A DNA stretch of 64,000 nt. Source: an uncultured Fibrobacterota bacterium. GTDB lineage: Bacteria; Fibrobacterota; Chitinivibrionia; Chitinivibrionales; WJKA01. The stretch covers positions 18,628 through 82,627 of the forward strand of contig CAZPUS010000011.1 of the NCBI GenBank assembly GCA_964589825.1, read 5' to 3'. Made by a program: the position numbers and the translations under genes. Shown here in pieces: positions 7,394-16,904 of this stretch; position 1 is the stretch's first letter; each line of letters opens with the position of its first letter. The notes under the pieces are model-generated. The model was given only the letters and a program-made list of their open reading frames with translations. It made no database searches and had not been told where the DNA came from.

Positions 7394-10300
7394 TCAGAAA
7401 AGACAGGTGACATTGAGCGCGCCGAGATAGGCCCGGTAATTCTGTTGCGAATAATCGGTCTCGTCTTCGCTGTGATCATAAGCAATGCTGATATCCCAGG
7501 AGATATTGCGGGATATCGAGTGAGTGATTTTGCATTGCGCATAATAACTTTGTATGCGTATGCGCTCTCGCGCATCCGAATAGTCTGAATCTTTTTCTTC
7601 ATCCGTAGCGGCGTATTCCCCGTTAAGTTCCAGGCTGAGCAGCCGGGGTACAATATATACCTTGAGCCGGTTCGAGATCTGATAGCTGAGGCCATCGATG
7701 TTATCACGAGCTTCGGTGTAAGGTGAGATCGAAAGACGCGTGCTGTTATGCAGTCTGCGTGATGGCCGAAGTGTACAACGTCCCTGTATGGTATTACGCA
7801 GCCTGTCCTCGATGTTCTGCTGTGTAGTATCGGGATGGTTGCCGATTTCGTTGTCCCATAAAAGTTTGTATGTAAGCCCCCAGGTGAGTCCGCTGCTGAG
7901 CCGGTGGCGCGCAGAGAGGTTCAGCAGCTGGCTGAACACGTGTGTGCGCACGCCGGCAGGCAACTCGGCACTGAAGGCTGTATCGTTATTAGTGGTGTCG
8001 ATGAGATAACGGGCGGTGACTCCCTCCGGTATATCTGTTGCCGAAGAGAAGATCGCCAGGCTGTCTTCTACCTCTTTACGGGTTTCGTAGCCTGAGCGGA
8101 GATCACCGGTAAACACGGGCAGGTGCTCCCCGGGTGCGTAACGGGTTCCCACAGACAGCGTGTGGAGATGCTGCGGTGAGGATTCGGTTGCACCGTTAAG
8201 GGAGAAGATATTGGAAGCAAAGCGCTTCTCGTATTCGTACTCTCCGGATGCGGACAGCTGTGTGGTGATATCGCGGGCAACAGAAAGTTGTGCAGTGCGA
8301 CGGTCTGTCTCCAGATACGGGTTGGCTGCAGAGAAATAGCGTGAAGAAATGTACATGAGCGTAGTGGTAAGAATATAGCCACTGTACCGACCTTCCCCGT
8401 AAACCGATGCAGCGGTGTGGGTCCCTTTGCCGAGTCCTTCGGATAGTGAAGATCCGATGTCCCCGAGTTCGGGGTCGTACCAGTTAATTGCGCGTATTTC
8501 AGGTGATGTTCTATTGAGTGTGTCTTCGTAGGCAAGCGTGTCATGCACGCCCACAGCGACTTCTGCCCCTACCGAAACATCTCCGTTCATGAGATCCGCA
8601 TCAGTAGCCAGAAAAACGGTCTGGGCTTCGATGGGATTGGGCCTGCCGGGATCGTCGATTTTTGTACGAAGTGCGGGATTGTTGGCCTGATCCCGTGCGG
8701 CGATGCAGCCGCCTTCAACTGTCACATCATAATGGGGTTTGTATCTGAGAAGACCGTAATAGCTCATCTGCTGGCGTTGCGACATACCGGAATCGATAAT
8801 CGTGTTAACGAGCGTTCTGTCGTGGTCTCCCGAGTCTTTGGAAACCTGGGTTTCACCGATTCCCACATCAGCTTCGAATCTTTTATCGCCTTTTCCCATT
8901 TCCATGAATGCCCCGTGGTATCGCAGGCCGGTAAAACTTCTACCGAAAAAGGTGAGCTCGCTTTCGCTCAGCATGTAATCACCCGCGTATATTTTATGAT
9001 CGCCGTAATCAAAGGTGAGGCGAAGGTTGCGTGCCCGAATATTTCCCGGTACCCAGGTGTTGCCGTAAATATCCGCCATAATATTCACGTTCGAATTTTT
9101 TCGTCTTCCGTTGGCGAACAGCTGAAGATGGGGTTGAAACCGATCGAGTATCGATTCACTCTGTTCACCGATGTATTGGGTTTGTGATATAGTGGTATCG
9201 ATCGTGGTGTCCCGGGCAGTCCCTGCGGTGTCGTAGGCAATCGTGGTGATCTGCTGTGAAAACGAACGCGGATCGAAATAGCCGATACCGGTGGTGATGT
9301 TACCCATAAACGCGGTACGTGTATTCTGCCTGTTTTTTTGTGCGAGGAAGCCCGGGGTGAAATTATCGGGCGTTTCTATCTGCTGGCTTGATGTCGGGAT
9401 GGTGAGGGATGCGATTCGCTGTGGCGGGGTAAGATGCTCTTTTAGTTTTACGGAAGGGACCTTACGGATATCCTGGCCGTTGTGATAAACCATCTGCGCC
9501 TGACGCGGGGTTACTTCCTCGGTCGTAATGAGGCCGGTGCGGTTTCGCGTGACCGGCGTTTTGATAAACTGTGCATCGGACTGCGGAGCAACGACGATTC
9601 CGGTGGTGTTGCTTCGTATGCTGCTGGAGTTGATACGTACCACGGAACGATTTTCACAGGCGATGCCGGTTATGTTATCTTGCACCGTAAGGCTCTCGGC
9701 TATGATATCGGCGCCTGCACGGCACCGCAGAGCGGATACATGGCCTCTGCGAAGCTGTGTGTGGGAAATGCGAACACGCGCGTTTCTGACGGTTATTGCA
9801 TGCAACGAATTTTTTTCGAAAATCGAACGTCTGATTTCGGCAGAACCGTTCTCTACAAAGACGCCATAGTTGGCATGTTGAACCACGCAGTGTGTAAACC
9901 GGGACTGTTTTCTGCTGCGGCAGTAGATTCTGTCCCAGTCCCATGGTTTCGGATCGGGACGTGCGGACTGAAAAACCACGGGGGCATTTTTGCTTCCGCG
10001 TACGTCTATAGCGCCGAATACTGCAATACAGGTATTTTCGCCGCCGATATATACCTTGCAGCCGGCATCGAAAATGAGGGATGTGTCCGCCGGAACTATT
10101 ACATTGCCCTTAATAAGAATAGGGCTGTGCTTTTTGGTATAATGCCCCGATACCGAACCGCTTTGAATAACGGTAGTATAGGTGTCGCGTTTCGACTGCC
10201 CGGCGTCAATCGCTAGAGGATACAGAATCGATATGACGCAGGCGAGGAGACCCGTTGCGGAAAAGACGGAGAGACTACAGCGGTGAATTGCCTTGTGCAT
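7394..10300 (-). CDS. Large outer-membrane protein: N-terminal right-handed beta-helix (PbH1-like) region plus a C-terminal beta-barrel-like region
   Basis: 968-aa ORF with a signal peptide. Residues ~60-250 show repeated short beta-helix rungs (HANYGVFVENGSAEIRRSIFEKNSLHAITVRNARVRISHTQL...DNITGIACENRSVVRINSSSIRSNTTGIVV). The remainder is rich in alternating aromatic/polar beta-strand patterns and ends in a terminal Phe (LNVTCLF), the classical OMP C-terminal signature. Confidence 0.6.
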   Translation of the reverse strand: MHKAIHRCSLSVFSATGLLACVISILYPLAIDAGQSKRDTYTTVIQSGSVSGHYTKKHSPILIKGNVIVPADTSLIFDAGCKVYIGGENTCIAVFGAIDVRGSKNAPVVFQSARPDPKPWDWDRIYCRSRKQSRFTHCVVQHANYGVFVENGSAEIRRSIFEKNSLHAITVRNARVRISHTQLRRGHVSALRCRAGADIIAESLTVQDNITGIACENRSVVRINSSSIRSNTTGIVVAPQSDAQFIKTPVTRNRTGLITTEEVTPRQAQMVYHNGQDIRKVPSVKLKEHLTPPQRIASLTIPTSSQQIETPDNFTPGFLAQKNRQNTRTAFMGNITTGIGYFDPRSFSQQITTIAYDTAGTARDTTIDTTISQTQYIGEQSESILDRFQPHLQLFANGRRKNSNVNIMADIYGNTWVPGNIRARNLRLTFDYGDHKIYAGDYMLSESELTFFGRSFTGLRYHGAFMEMGKGDKRFEADVGIGETQVSKDSGDHDRTLVNTIIDSGMSQRQQMSYYGLLRYKPHYDVTVEGGCIAARDQANNPALRTKIDDPGRPNPIEAQTVFLATDADLMNGDVSVGAEVAVGVHDTLAYEDTLNRTSPEIRAINWYDPELGDIGSSLSEGLGKGTHTAASVYGEGRYSGYILTTTLMYISSRYFSAANPYLETDRRTAQLSVARDITTQLSASGEYEYEKRFASNIFSLNGATESSPQHLHTLSVGTRYAPGEHLPVFTGDLRSGYETRKEVEDSLAIFSSATDIPEGVTARYLIDTTNNDTAFSAELPAGVRTHVFSQLLNLSARHRLSSGLTWGLTYKLLWDNEIGNHPDTTQQNIEDRLRNTIQGRCTLRPSRRLHNSTRLSISPYTEARDNIDGLSYQISNRLKVYIVPRLLSLELNGEYAATDEEKDSDYSDARERIRIQSYYAQCKITHSISRNISWDISIAYDHSEDETDYSQQNYRAYLGALNVTCLF

Positions 10301-10402
10301 TACAGACTCACTTCGTAGGTATGTGATACGTATATTGCGCAGTCGGGCTGTGCAGGCTGCACATTATCGGCAAAACAGATAAAAGTATCGGCCGCACATT
10401 GC

Positions 10403-11539
10403 TCAGTTTTCAATCTGACGAGCGGTGCGCGGAGTCTCTTCTACATGATGATAGGCACGTATGAGTTTTCCGATTCTTCCCCATCTGATCTTGGCCGGAA
10501 GAAGCCAAACCGGAACGTCTTTATCTAAAGAGAAATATATAATAAATGCACGAGCCTTGACAAATTTACGGTTAAGGTAACCCCAGAATCGTGAATCCGT
10601 CGAGTTATCTCTGTTGTCTCCCATCATAAAATAGTTATCGTGCTGAACCACATATTCATTGACGGCAGACCCGTTATGGGTGAGAACTTTCCGGATTTCG
10701 ATCTCTTTGTCCGGATATGAGGCCTGTACCACGCGCTCCACGCTGTGCAGGTAGTTTTGAAGCAGCAGCCAGTTGTCGATGTAGTTGAGCCGTGGATCAT
10801 CGTTGGTAACCTGGTTGAACGGTTTGTTCATACTCCTTCCCTGAGCGGAAGTAAACCGGATCGGCGCATCGTTTGCGTATTCTCCGTCCAGGTAAAGCTG
10901 CAGCTCAATTTTTATTTTATTATCGCGCGGGTCATGCCTGAAAAACTGTCGAAGAACGGGGGCGTTTTCCAGGAAAAGCACGAATCCGTTACGCGGATGC
11001 TCCTGAGTAACGAGATGCTTACAAAAGAGAAACTCCCGCACCGGCATGCGTGAAGGATGCAGCGTGTCTCCTTTGGCAGGTATTACGAGCGGATCGAAAT
11101 TTCGTATTCCCGGTGCAGGGAAATTGCCGTTGCTGATATATTGTCCTTTTGGCGGGAGTGCGACGATGTCACCGTTTACAAGGACTCGTTTGCCGTGGAT
11201 TTCGACCGTATCCCCGGGACCGGCAACACAGCGTTTGATATAGTCACGGTTGTTGCTGCCGGGGTATTTGAAAATAAGCACATCGCCCGGCTGGGGTTCG
11301 GCGACCCCCGGAAATTTTGTGTGCGAAAATGGAAGAACCGGCGCACCGTAATAAAATTTGAGACCCAGAAGGAAATCACCGATCAGCAGGCTTTTTTCCA
11401 TTGAACCCGAAGGGATTCTGAACGCCTGGATAATATACAGGATAAAAACGAGCGCCATTGCAAGGGCAATGACCATCTCTCTGCCCCAGTTGAGGAGGCC
11501 ATGTTTTTCTGATCGTTTTTTGGGTGATGATTCGGTCAC
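10403..11539 (-). CDS. lepB: Signal peptidase I
   Basis: 378-aa ORF with an N-terminal TM segment, the catalytic Ser box (IPSGSMEKSLLIGDF), the Lys box (YIKRCVAGPGD) and the GDNRDNSTDSRFWG box. Confidence 0.9.
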   Translation of the reverse strand: MTESSPKKRSEKHGLLNWGREMVIALAMALVFILYIIQAFRIPSGSMEKSLLIGDFLLGLKFYYGAPVLPFSHTKFPGVAEPQPGDVLIFKYPGSNNRDYIKRCVAGPGDTVEIHGKRVLVNGDIVALPPKGQYISNGNFPAPGIRNFDPLVIPAKGDTLHPSRMPVREFLFCKHLVTQEHPRNGFVLFLENAPVLRQFFRHDPRDNKIKIELQLYLDGEYANDAPIRFTSAQGRSMNKPFNQVTNDDPRLNYIDNWLLLQNYLHSVERVVQASYPDKEIEIRKVLTHNGSAVNEYVVQHDNYFMMGDNRDNSTDSRFWGYLNRKFVKARAFIIYFSLDKDVPVWLLPAKIRWGRIGKLIRAYHHVEETPRTARQIEN

Positions 11540-11551
11540 AAACGTATCCTT

Positions 11552-12328
11552 TTATGAAAGAGGTGAGAAAAAATCGAGCGTAGCGCTATGCAGAATGGTA
11601 TTGGTGGCGACTACCGTTCCTGATTCGTGGGTCCGCACGCCCCGTATGTCGGTACATGTACCACCGGCTTCCCGAATAATGCAGCAGGCTGCGGCGCAAT
11701 CCCACGGCTTATCAAGCATGTTCACTATTACATCCAGTTTTCCGCATGCCAGACACGCATAGGAATACGCATCCATAAAGCCGTAACAGTAATCGAGTGC
11801 ATGAATAAGCGTCATGAGGCTCTCTCCCTGCGTCGTGTGATCGTACTCCCGCAGCCCGAGTATGCTTCCCATAGCATCGTGAAGCGCGTTGCAGGAAGAG
11901 ACCGAGATTGCTCGTTCATTGCAGTACGCTCCATGACGATGCCGTGCATAATATGTCTCTTTGAATGCGGGGAAATGCATCACGCCCACCACGGGCATGC
12001 CTTCTTCTTCTAAAGCGATCAATACGCTGTACGTGGGGATCCCTCTGAGATAAGGGCGTGTGCCGTCGAGAGGATCGAGTATCCATCTTCGTGTGGATGT
12101 GCCTTTATGCTCGCCGTATTCTTCACCAAGGATCCCGTCGTCAGGAAACGCACAGCCGAGCTGATGACGGATGCATGCTTCACAGGTCCGGTCAATGTCA
12201 CTCACCGGTGAGGAGTCTTCTTTATGCGACACGTTCGCCGAAGTGCGTGACAGTCCATCAAGCTGGATTTTGCCGGCCTGGTGTGCCGCCCGGGTGGCAA
12301 TATCGAGTTCTTTCGTATAGGAATACAT
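11552..12328 (-). CDS. Inositol monophosphatase / histidinol-phosphatase (IMPase) family protein
   Basis: IMPase motifs are present (WILDPLDGTRPYLRG; metal-binding EE...DPLDGT). The tracked ORF runs to 12373. I prefer the Met at 12328 (MYSYTKELD...), which removes the 41-nt overlap with panB. That start choice is inference. Confidence 0.75.
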   Translation of the reverse strand: MYSYTKELDIATRAAHQAGKIQLDGLSRTSANVSHKEDSSPVSDIDRTCEACIRHQLGCAFPDDGILGEEYGEHKGTSTRRWILDPLDGTRPYLRGIPTYSVLIALEEEGMPVVGVMHFPAFKETYYARHRHGAYCNERAISVSSCNALHDAMGSILGLREYDHTTQGESLMTLIHALDYCYGFMDAYSYACLACGKLDVIVNMLDKPWDCAAACCIIREAGGTCTDIRGVRTHESGTVVATNTILHSATLDFFSPLS

Positions 12329-12332
12329 ATAA

Positions 12333-13175
12333 TCAGAGGGAATCAGGGTGTTGGTGTTGCGCAGTGCGCGCAAAGTCTTCGGGTAACTGTCGATTCAGGT
12401 GGCGTACGTTTCCCGGTCCGGGAAATTCTCCCTGCCGGGTTTGTCGTATATATTCTGTAAGGGCGTTGCGAATGATGTCCCGACCATCGCAAAAGTGTCT
12501 GGTATGGTGAAATTCACGAGGGGTGATCCCGAGAATATCGTGCAGGACCTGCACCTGTCCATCGCAGAAACGCCCGGCCCCGATCCCAATCGTAGGAATA
12601 GAGAGTCGCCGGGTGATAAGCGATGCGACTTCTTCAAACACGAGCTCCAGCACAATCATGAACGCTCCCGCGTTCTCGAGTCTATGAGCCGAGGTCACCA
12701 GTTCATGAATACGGGCATCATCTTTTCCCTGAATACGAGCATTGGGCCCGAGAGACTGTGGAGTATAGCCGATATGCGCGCACACGGCAATATCGTTATC
12801 CCTGAGCAGCTGTATGGTTTCCGCAAGGTGTTCTCCTTCGACTTTTACCCCATCCGCTCCTTTGGATAGCATCTTCCGGGCATTGTCAAGTGCATTGTCG
12901 GCCGTGTCGTACGATCCTTTCGGCATATCCACCAGTACAAACGATGATTGTGCTCCGCGAGCAACGGCGCCGGTGTGGTGCAGCATGTCGCTCATGGTCA
13001 CGTCCCCGATATCGCGGTAGCCCAGCACGTTGGTTCCTACGCTATCCCCAACGAGCTGAATGTCGACACCACATTCCTCCTGGAGACATGCGCAGGGATA
13101 GTCGTAGCTGGTACACATGACGATCGGTGTGCCCTTTTTTTTCTTTTCGGTAAAGGTATGAATGCTCTTTTTCAT
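12333..13175 (-). CDS. panB: 3-methyl-2-oxobutanoate hydroxymethyltransferase
   Basis: 280-aa ORF with typical PanB blocks (IVMCTSYDYPCA; LVGDSVGTNVLGY; VKVEGE; IGYTPQS; GIGAG..CDGQVQV). Confidence 0.9.
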   Translation of the reverse strand: MKKSIHTFTEKKKKGTPIVMCTSYDYPCACLQEECGVDIQLVGDSVGTNVLGYRDIGDVTMSDMLHHTGAVARGAQSSFVLVDMPKGSYDTADNALDNARKMLSKGADGVKVEGEHLAETIQLLRDNDIAVCAHIGYTPQSLGPNARIQGKDDARIHELVTSAHRLENAGAFMIVLELVFEEVASLITRRLSIPTIGIGAGRFCDGQVQVLHDILGITPREFHHTRHFCDGRDIIRNALTEYIRQTRQGEFPGPGNVRHLNRQLPEDFARTAQHQHPDSL

Positions 13176-13353
13176 GATTGATCGATTTATACAGAAGTGT
13201 TGCGGTTTTTTATAGTTATCAGATTATAACTGCGGCATGCTCAACGGCCAATCCGGTCATTTCAGGCAAAGAAAAAGCAACCAACGATATCGCCATACAT
13301 TTATCCGGAGCTTCATATCCGTTCAGTCGGGTATCGATGCTATAGCGCAGATA

Positions 13354-13529
13354 CCTCGTGTTGCGTCCTTGAAGTAATGCGTTCACTTATGATACCGGAT
13401 AGAAAAAAACGCCATCTGTGGTTGCAGAGAAGATACGTACGTCTGCGGCCGGGTCGTTGTGTCCCGTTCTTGCATCTGCTATGTGGTGTCGTTTCGGTGC
13501 AGCTTCGATGACAACCGCTCAATTTAGGA
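13354..13529 (+). repeat. Degenerate full-length copy of the ~163-bp TIR element (copy L)
   Basis: The right end ...TTTCGGTGCAGCTTCGATGACAACCGCTCAATTTAGGA matches the family right end. The left end CCTCGTGTTGCG is a degraded left TIR. The interior is only partly alignable. Confidence 0.5.
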
Positions 13530-14099
13530 AGAAAATAATTTTTCGCCATGCGCACCAATGATTTCATGATATTGCCCGTATTCCTTTTTGGAAGGATCCT
13601 GCTGCGCAGGATACTGATTCGCAAGATACGATTCTTGTTGTCGAGTTGACTTTTTTTTTTCGGTGATGTACTATTATATGGCGCTCTGCAGCTTTTGTCA
13701 GAAACAGTGAACGACAGTTCTTGTGAATTCACGATACCTGTGTCCACCAAAAAACTGCGTATTTCCGCGTATATGAAGAAATAAGCGGAATATGCCCGGC
13801 TATTGAGCCCCCGGTTCTCTGCAAGCTGTTCCGGAACGAGTTTGCCCCCGTAAAACAAGCCTGTATTTTGTGAAATGAAGCATGCATATTGTATACGTAT
13901 CCCATAATAATTCAGCGTCATAACCCGTGATTAAACTGCTTTTGCCTGAGTCTGTGAGCAGAATATGAAAGGAGTGCTTGGCCGCAGCCACTGTATCATT
14001 AGTTATATTGTAAGCGACTGGTGTTGATGTGTGTCTGAGTGTGTTGCAGCATGCAGCAGTAACAATACCGATCGTGACGAACCTGCCTTTGGTTTATGT

Positions 14100-14564
14100 A
14101 TGAGAACTATCATTTATTCGATACTATTCTGCTGGTATATACTTATATCGGCCTTATCTGCGTCTGCGCAGTCGATGTCACCTGAAGATCCGTTTAGGCT
14201 GTATGATTCGATGTGTGTGCGCAATGTCACGGTGACCCGTACCCCGCGCATCGAGCAGGATACGCTTTCATTCCGTATGCAGCTCACCTTCGATACGTTG
14301 TTGTCGAATTATTTTTCCTATTATGAAGATGGAGACGATTCGCTCTTTATCCGCTTTTATGATGCGGTGATTGAGCCGGCACAAGAGCGTTTCCCGGGGT
14401 CATCACCCTTCAGGGGCCTGCGAACTGTCACTAAAGAAACCCGCAAGGCACTTTCGGGTACGTTCGGTGTTATCGCGATTCGTATCGATGGCGTGTGGCG
14501 GTATACGATCTCAGCGTCTCCCCCGGTGATGGAAATTGTGCTGTGGCGAATAATAGATGAATAA
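14100..14564 (+). CDS. Hypothetical exported protein
   Basis: The tracked ORF is 14031..14564. The Met at 14100 gives a clean signal peptide ([25 protein letters not shown]). I recognise no family. Confidence 0.45.
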   Translation: MRTIIYSILFCWYILISALSASAQSMSPEDPFRLYDSMCVRNVTVTRTPRIEQDTLSFRMQLTFDTLLSNYFSYYEDGDDSLFIRFYDAVIEPAQERFPGSSPFRGLRTVTKETRKALSGTFGVIAIRIDGVWRYTISASPPVMEIVLWRIIDE

Positions 14565-14682
14565 TCGAAGAATAATCAGAGCCGTGCTATTGCATTCTTT
14601 AATGACACATACTATTTTTCTTTCGGGTAAACTGGCCAACCAATTTTTTTATTTTTTTTCACAAAAAACGAGGAAGGGGCAT

Positions 14683-15129
14683 ATGGCCAACAGAGGAGTA
14701 AACAAAGTGATTCTGATAGGCAATCTGGGAAAGGATCCCGAATTGCGCTATACTGCAAACGGGACAGCGGTCTGTCAGTTTCCACTTGCCACCACGGACA
14801 GAAAGGATACGACCGAGTGGCACAACATCGTAGTATGGAATAAGCTTGCCGAGGTGGCGAATCAGTACCTGAAGAAAGGGCGAACGGTTTATATCGAAGG
14901 GCGGATATCGACCAACTCGTGGGAAGACAAAGAGGGCAACAAGCGGTATCGTACCGAAATAATTGCCAACCAGTTGCAGTTTCTTGGCAATTCGGGACCG
15001 TCAGGCTCGGATGGAGGATCGCAGAATCAGAGTGCGGCATCCAAATCGGGCGCAGACGCGGATACGTCTCAGTGGGAAGCTTCACCTGCCGGTGATCAGT
15101 CGCCGGTCGAAGACGATCTTCCGTTTTAA
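14683..15129 (+). CDS. ssb: Single-stranded DNA-binding protein
   Basis: The OB-fold sequence [37 protein letters not shown]...[12 protein letters not shown] and the acidic tail DDLPF are present. An AGGAAGGGG Shine-Dalgarno lies 3 nt upstream of the ATG at 14683. The tracked ORF start at 14557 is an upstream extension. Confidence 0.9.
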   Translation: MANRGVNKVILIGNLGKDPELRYTANGTAVCQFPLATTDRKDTTEWHNIVVWNKLAEVANQYLKKGRTVYIEGRISTNSWEDKEGNKRYRTEIIANQLQFLGNSGPSGSDGGSQNQSAASKSGADADTSQWEASPAGDQSPVEDDLPF

Positions 15130-15193
15130 TCCGAAGGGATGAATCCGGCTACGTACGCATAACTCGCATTGTAATCCATGCGTATCTTACAAA

Positions 15194-15227
15194 GGGGCAT
15201 GTCACAGGGTGGCTATGTCCCTTTTTT
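15194..15227 (+). terminator. Rho-independent terminator downstream of ssb
   Basis: The stem GGGGCAT...ATGTCCC is followed by TTTTTT. Confidence 0.6.
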
Positions 15228-15234
15228 ACTTTAA

Positions 15235-15325
15235 CCTGAATTGAGCGGTGACATTAATCACCGGGTAAGCAAGGACGTGCGGACATGAGGTGAACACAAT
15301 TCTTACAATGTGCTGAATGTATTTT
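15235..15325 (+). repeat. Truncated / internally deleted copy of the TIR element (copy A)
   Basis: It starts with an intact left TIR, CCTGAATTGAGCGG. The downstream sequence retains CATGAGGTGAACACAAT (fused internal blocks). The right boundary is uncertain. Confidence 0.45.
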
Positions 15326-15407
15326 TTTATGGAGAGCTTTTTATGAGCATGCAGTATACGCACTACGTACTTCTATAATTTTATTTCGAGTAGCGGGGAG
15401 AGCAATA

Positions 15408-16115
15408 ATGAGTGTTGAAATTATGCTTTTGGTAGTGTTGGGTGCAATTACGGTATCGGCATATATGACCGCCATTAATGCCCTGGGGGTGGCTCGCATT
15501 ACCATATCGTTTTTTTTGGCTACTGTGTTACTTGCAGGAACCGTTATCGTGATAATACAGTACGTGGAGCAACGTCAGGAGGTGCGGGAGAAAAAGATGC
15601 AGCAGCAGAAGCTGCAGGAGATGGTCACGAAACAACAGCAAAGACTCGAAGAGGTCAAACGAGAGATGCGCAGGCAACTTTCGCAAAAACGACAGACTAT
15701 TGAAGCGGCCCGCGAGATCGAGTCGAACGTGACACGGGCCGAAAAACTGGCTTCGTTTATTTCCAATGTCAACCTTACCGATCGGTCTCTGAGCCTCAAT
15801 GAACTTATGGATCGCGCAAGCGGTACGAGAAAACGCGTGGCGGAGCTGGAGTCGACTATCACGAAACTGCAGCAGAAGCATGCGAATTTTTCTGAGGTAT
15901 TCGAGCCGATCCAACAGGGTATGAAGAGCCTTTCGAGTGCATCTCAGTATTTTTACTCGTACTATCATGCAGAAACAGGGGCCCAGGAACAGCGTTGGGA
16001 AAACAAGATGCGTGTGCAGGCCAATGCCGCGCAATCGCATTTTGAAAAAGCCCGTCAGCTTATTGACACACGTATAGAAGAGATTAAAAATAGAGACAGT
16101 GTTGCCACCCGGTAG
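15408..16115 (+). CDS. Hypothetical membrane-anchored coiled-coil protein
   Basis: 235-aa ORF with two N-terminal hydrophobic helices followed by a long charged heptad-like region (QEVREKKMQQQKLQEMVTKQQQRLEEVKREMRRQL...). I recognise no family. Confidence 0.5.
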   Translation: MSVEIMLLVVLGAITVSAYMTAINALGVARITISFFLATVLLAGTVIVIIQYVEQRQEVREKKMQQQKLQEMVTKQQQRLEEVKREMRRQLSQKRQTIEAAREIESNVTRAEKLASFISNVNLTDRSLSLNELMDRASGTRKRVAELESTITKLQQKHANFSEVFEPIQQGMKSLSSASQYFYSYYHAETGAQEQRWENKMRVQANAAQSHFEKARQLIDTRIEEIKNRDSVATR

Positions 16116-16162
16116 CATTTCGCTGCGCGAGCGCTCATGTCACCGGTACAGTATATAGCCGT

Positions 16163-16681
16163 ATGATACTGGATATTACACAAATAGAGGAAGGCAGAAC
16201 CGAGATCTCGCAGCAGGTACCCGTACCTCCGCAACGGTGCGGAGAATATGAGATACCAGAGCCGCTTGCCTGTCATGCCTGTCTGGAAAAATCGGGTAAC
16301 AGGATTCATGCAGTCGTTGAATGTGATGTCGAGGTGACGCTTACGTGTTGCAGGTGTCTTAAAAAATACACGTGTCATCTGCATGCCCGTACCAGTGCCT
16401 TTGTATTCGACCACAGCGCAGGCAGGAAGGCCCGGGAACCGGTTGTCTCGGATAATGCATATCCGGACTTTTATTTTGATGAAGCTAAAAGAGAAGTCGA
16501 TCTGACTCCTGCATTACTCGATGATATAGAGGTCGCGCTTCCAATGAAGCCGTTATGCAATACTGCATGCAGCGGTGTCGCGAAAAAGAATAGCACGGAA
16601 AAAACAGATCAGGAAACCGGCAAGGACCGCACCACGATTGATCCCCGGTGGGAAAAACTGAGAAAACTACGTAATACCTAA
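16163..16681 (+). CDS. yceD: YceD/DUF177 family protein (23S rRNA accumulation protein)
   Basis: 172-aa ORF directly upstream of rpmF-plsX, the conserved position. It is acidic with CxxC-type pairs (CCRCLKKY ... CNTACSG), typical of DUF177. Confidence 0.7.
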   Translation: MILDITQIEEGRTEISQQVPVPPQRCGEYEIPEPLACHACLEKSGNRIHAVVECDVEVTLTCCRCLKKYTCHLHARTSAFVFDHSAGRKAREPVVSDNAYPDFYFDEAKREVDLTPALLDDIEVALPMKPLCNTACSGVAKKNSTEKTDQETGKDRTTIDPRWEKLRKLRNT

Positions 16682-16718
16682 CTTTTATTAATTCATATAT
16701 TAAGGGAGCAATTATCAC

Positions 16719-16898
16719 ATGGCAGTGCCAAAAAAACGCTCGAGCCCGACGCGAAGAGATAAAAGAAGAACGCATCATAAGGTGGTTGCGTCGAAACCCG
16801 CGCTTTGTGCACATTGCAAACAGCCGAAGCAGCCGCATTCCGTATGTCACAACTGTGGCTATTACGCAGGGGTTGAAGTAGTCGAACCAGAGGAATAG
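16719..16898 (+). CDS. rpmF: 50S ribosomal protein L32
   Basis: Not in the ORF track because it is 59 aa. Hand translation gives MAVPKKRSSPTRRDKRRTHHKVVASKPALCAHCKQPKQPHSVCHNCGYYAGVEVVEPEE. A GGGAG Shine-Dalgarno lies upstream. It sits between yceD and plsX as in most bacteria. Confidence 0.9.
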   Translation: MAVPKKRSSPTRRDKRRTHHKVVASKPALCAHCKQPKQPHSVCHNCGYYAGVEVVEPEE

Positions 16899-16904
16899 CG
16901 GCGT

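Noticed and set aside
8543-10216. Long antisense ORFs opposite real genes. They include 8543..9187, 9482..10216, 16485..17198, 24909..25520, 26605..27477, 32898..33635, 37412..38101, 42328..43008, 48357..48971, 53323..53952, 58321..58962 and 61599..62444.
   Set aside because: Each lies fully inside a longer opposite-strand gene that has clear family motifs. Their translations are Arg/Cys/Ser-rich with no recognisable domains. This is the typical shadow-ORF behaviour.
13340-13921. A 193-aa minus-strand ORF in the panB-downstream spacer.
   Set aside because: Its composition is low-complexity and Arg/Ser/Cys-rich. It overlaps degenerate repeat copy L, has no recognisable motifs and has no plausible ribosome-binding site. 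I treat it as non-coding (see the finding on 13530-14099).
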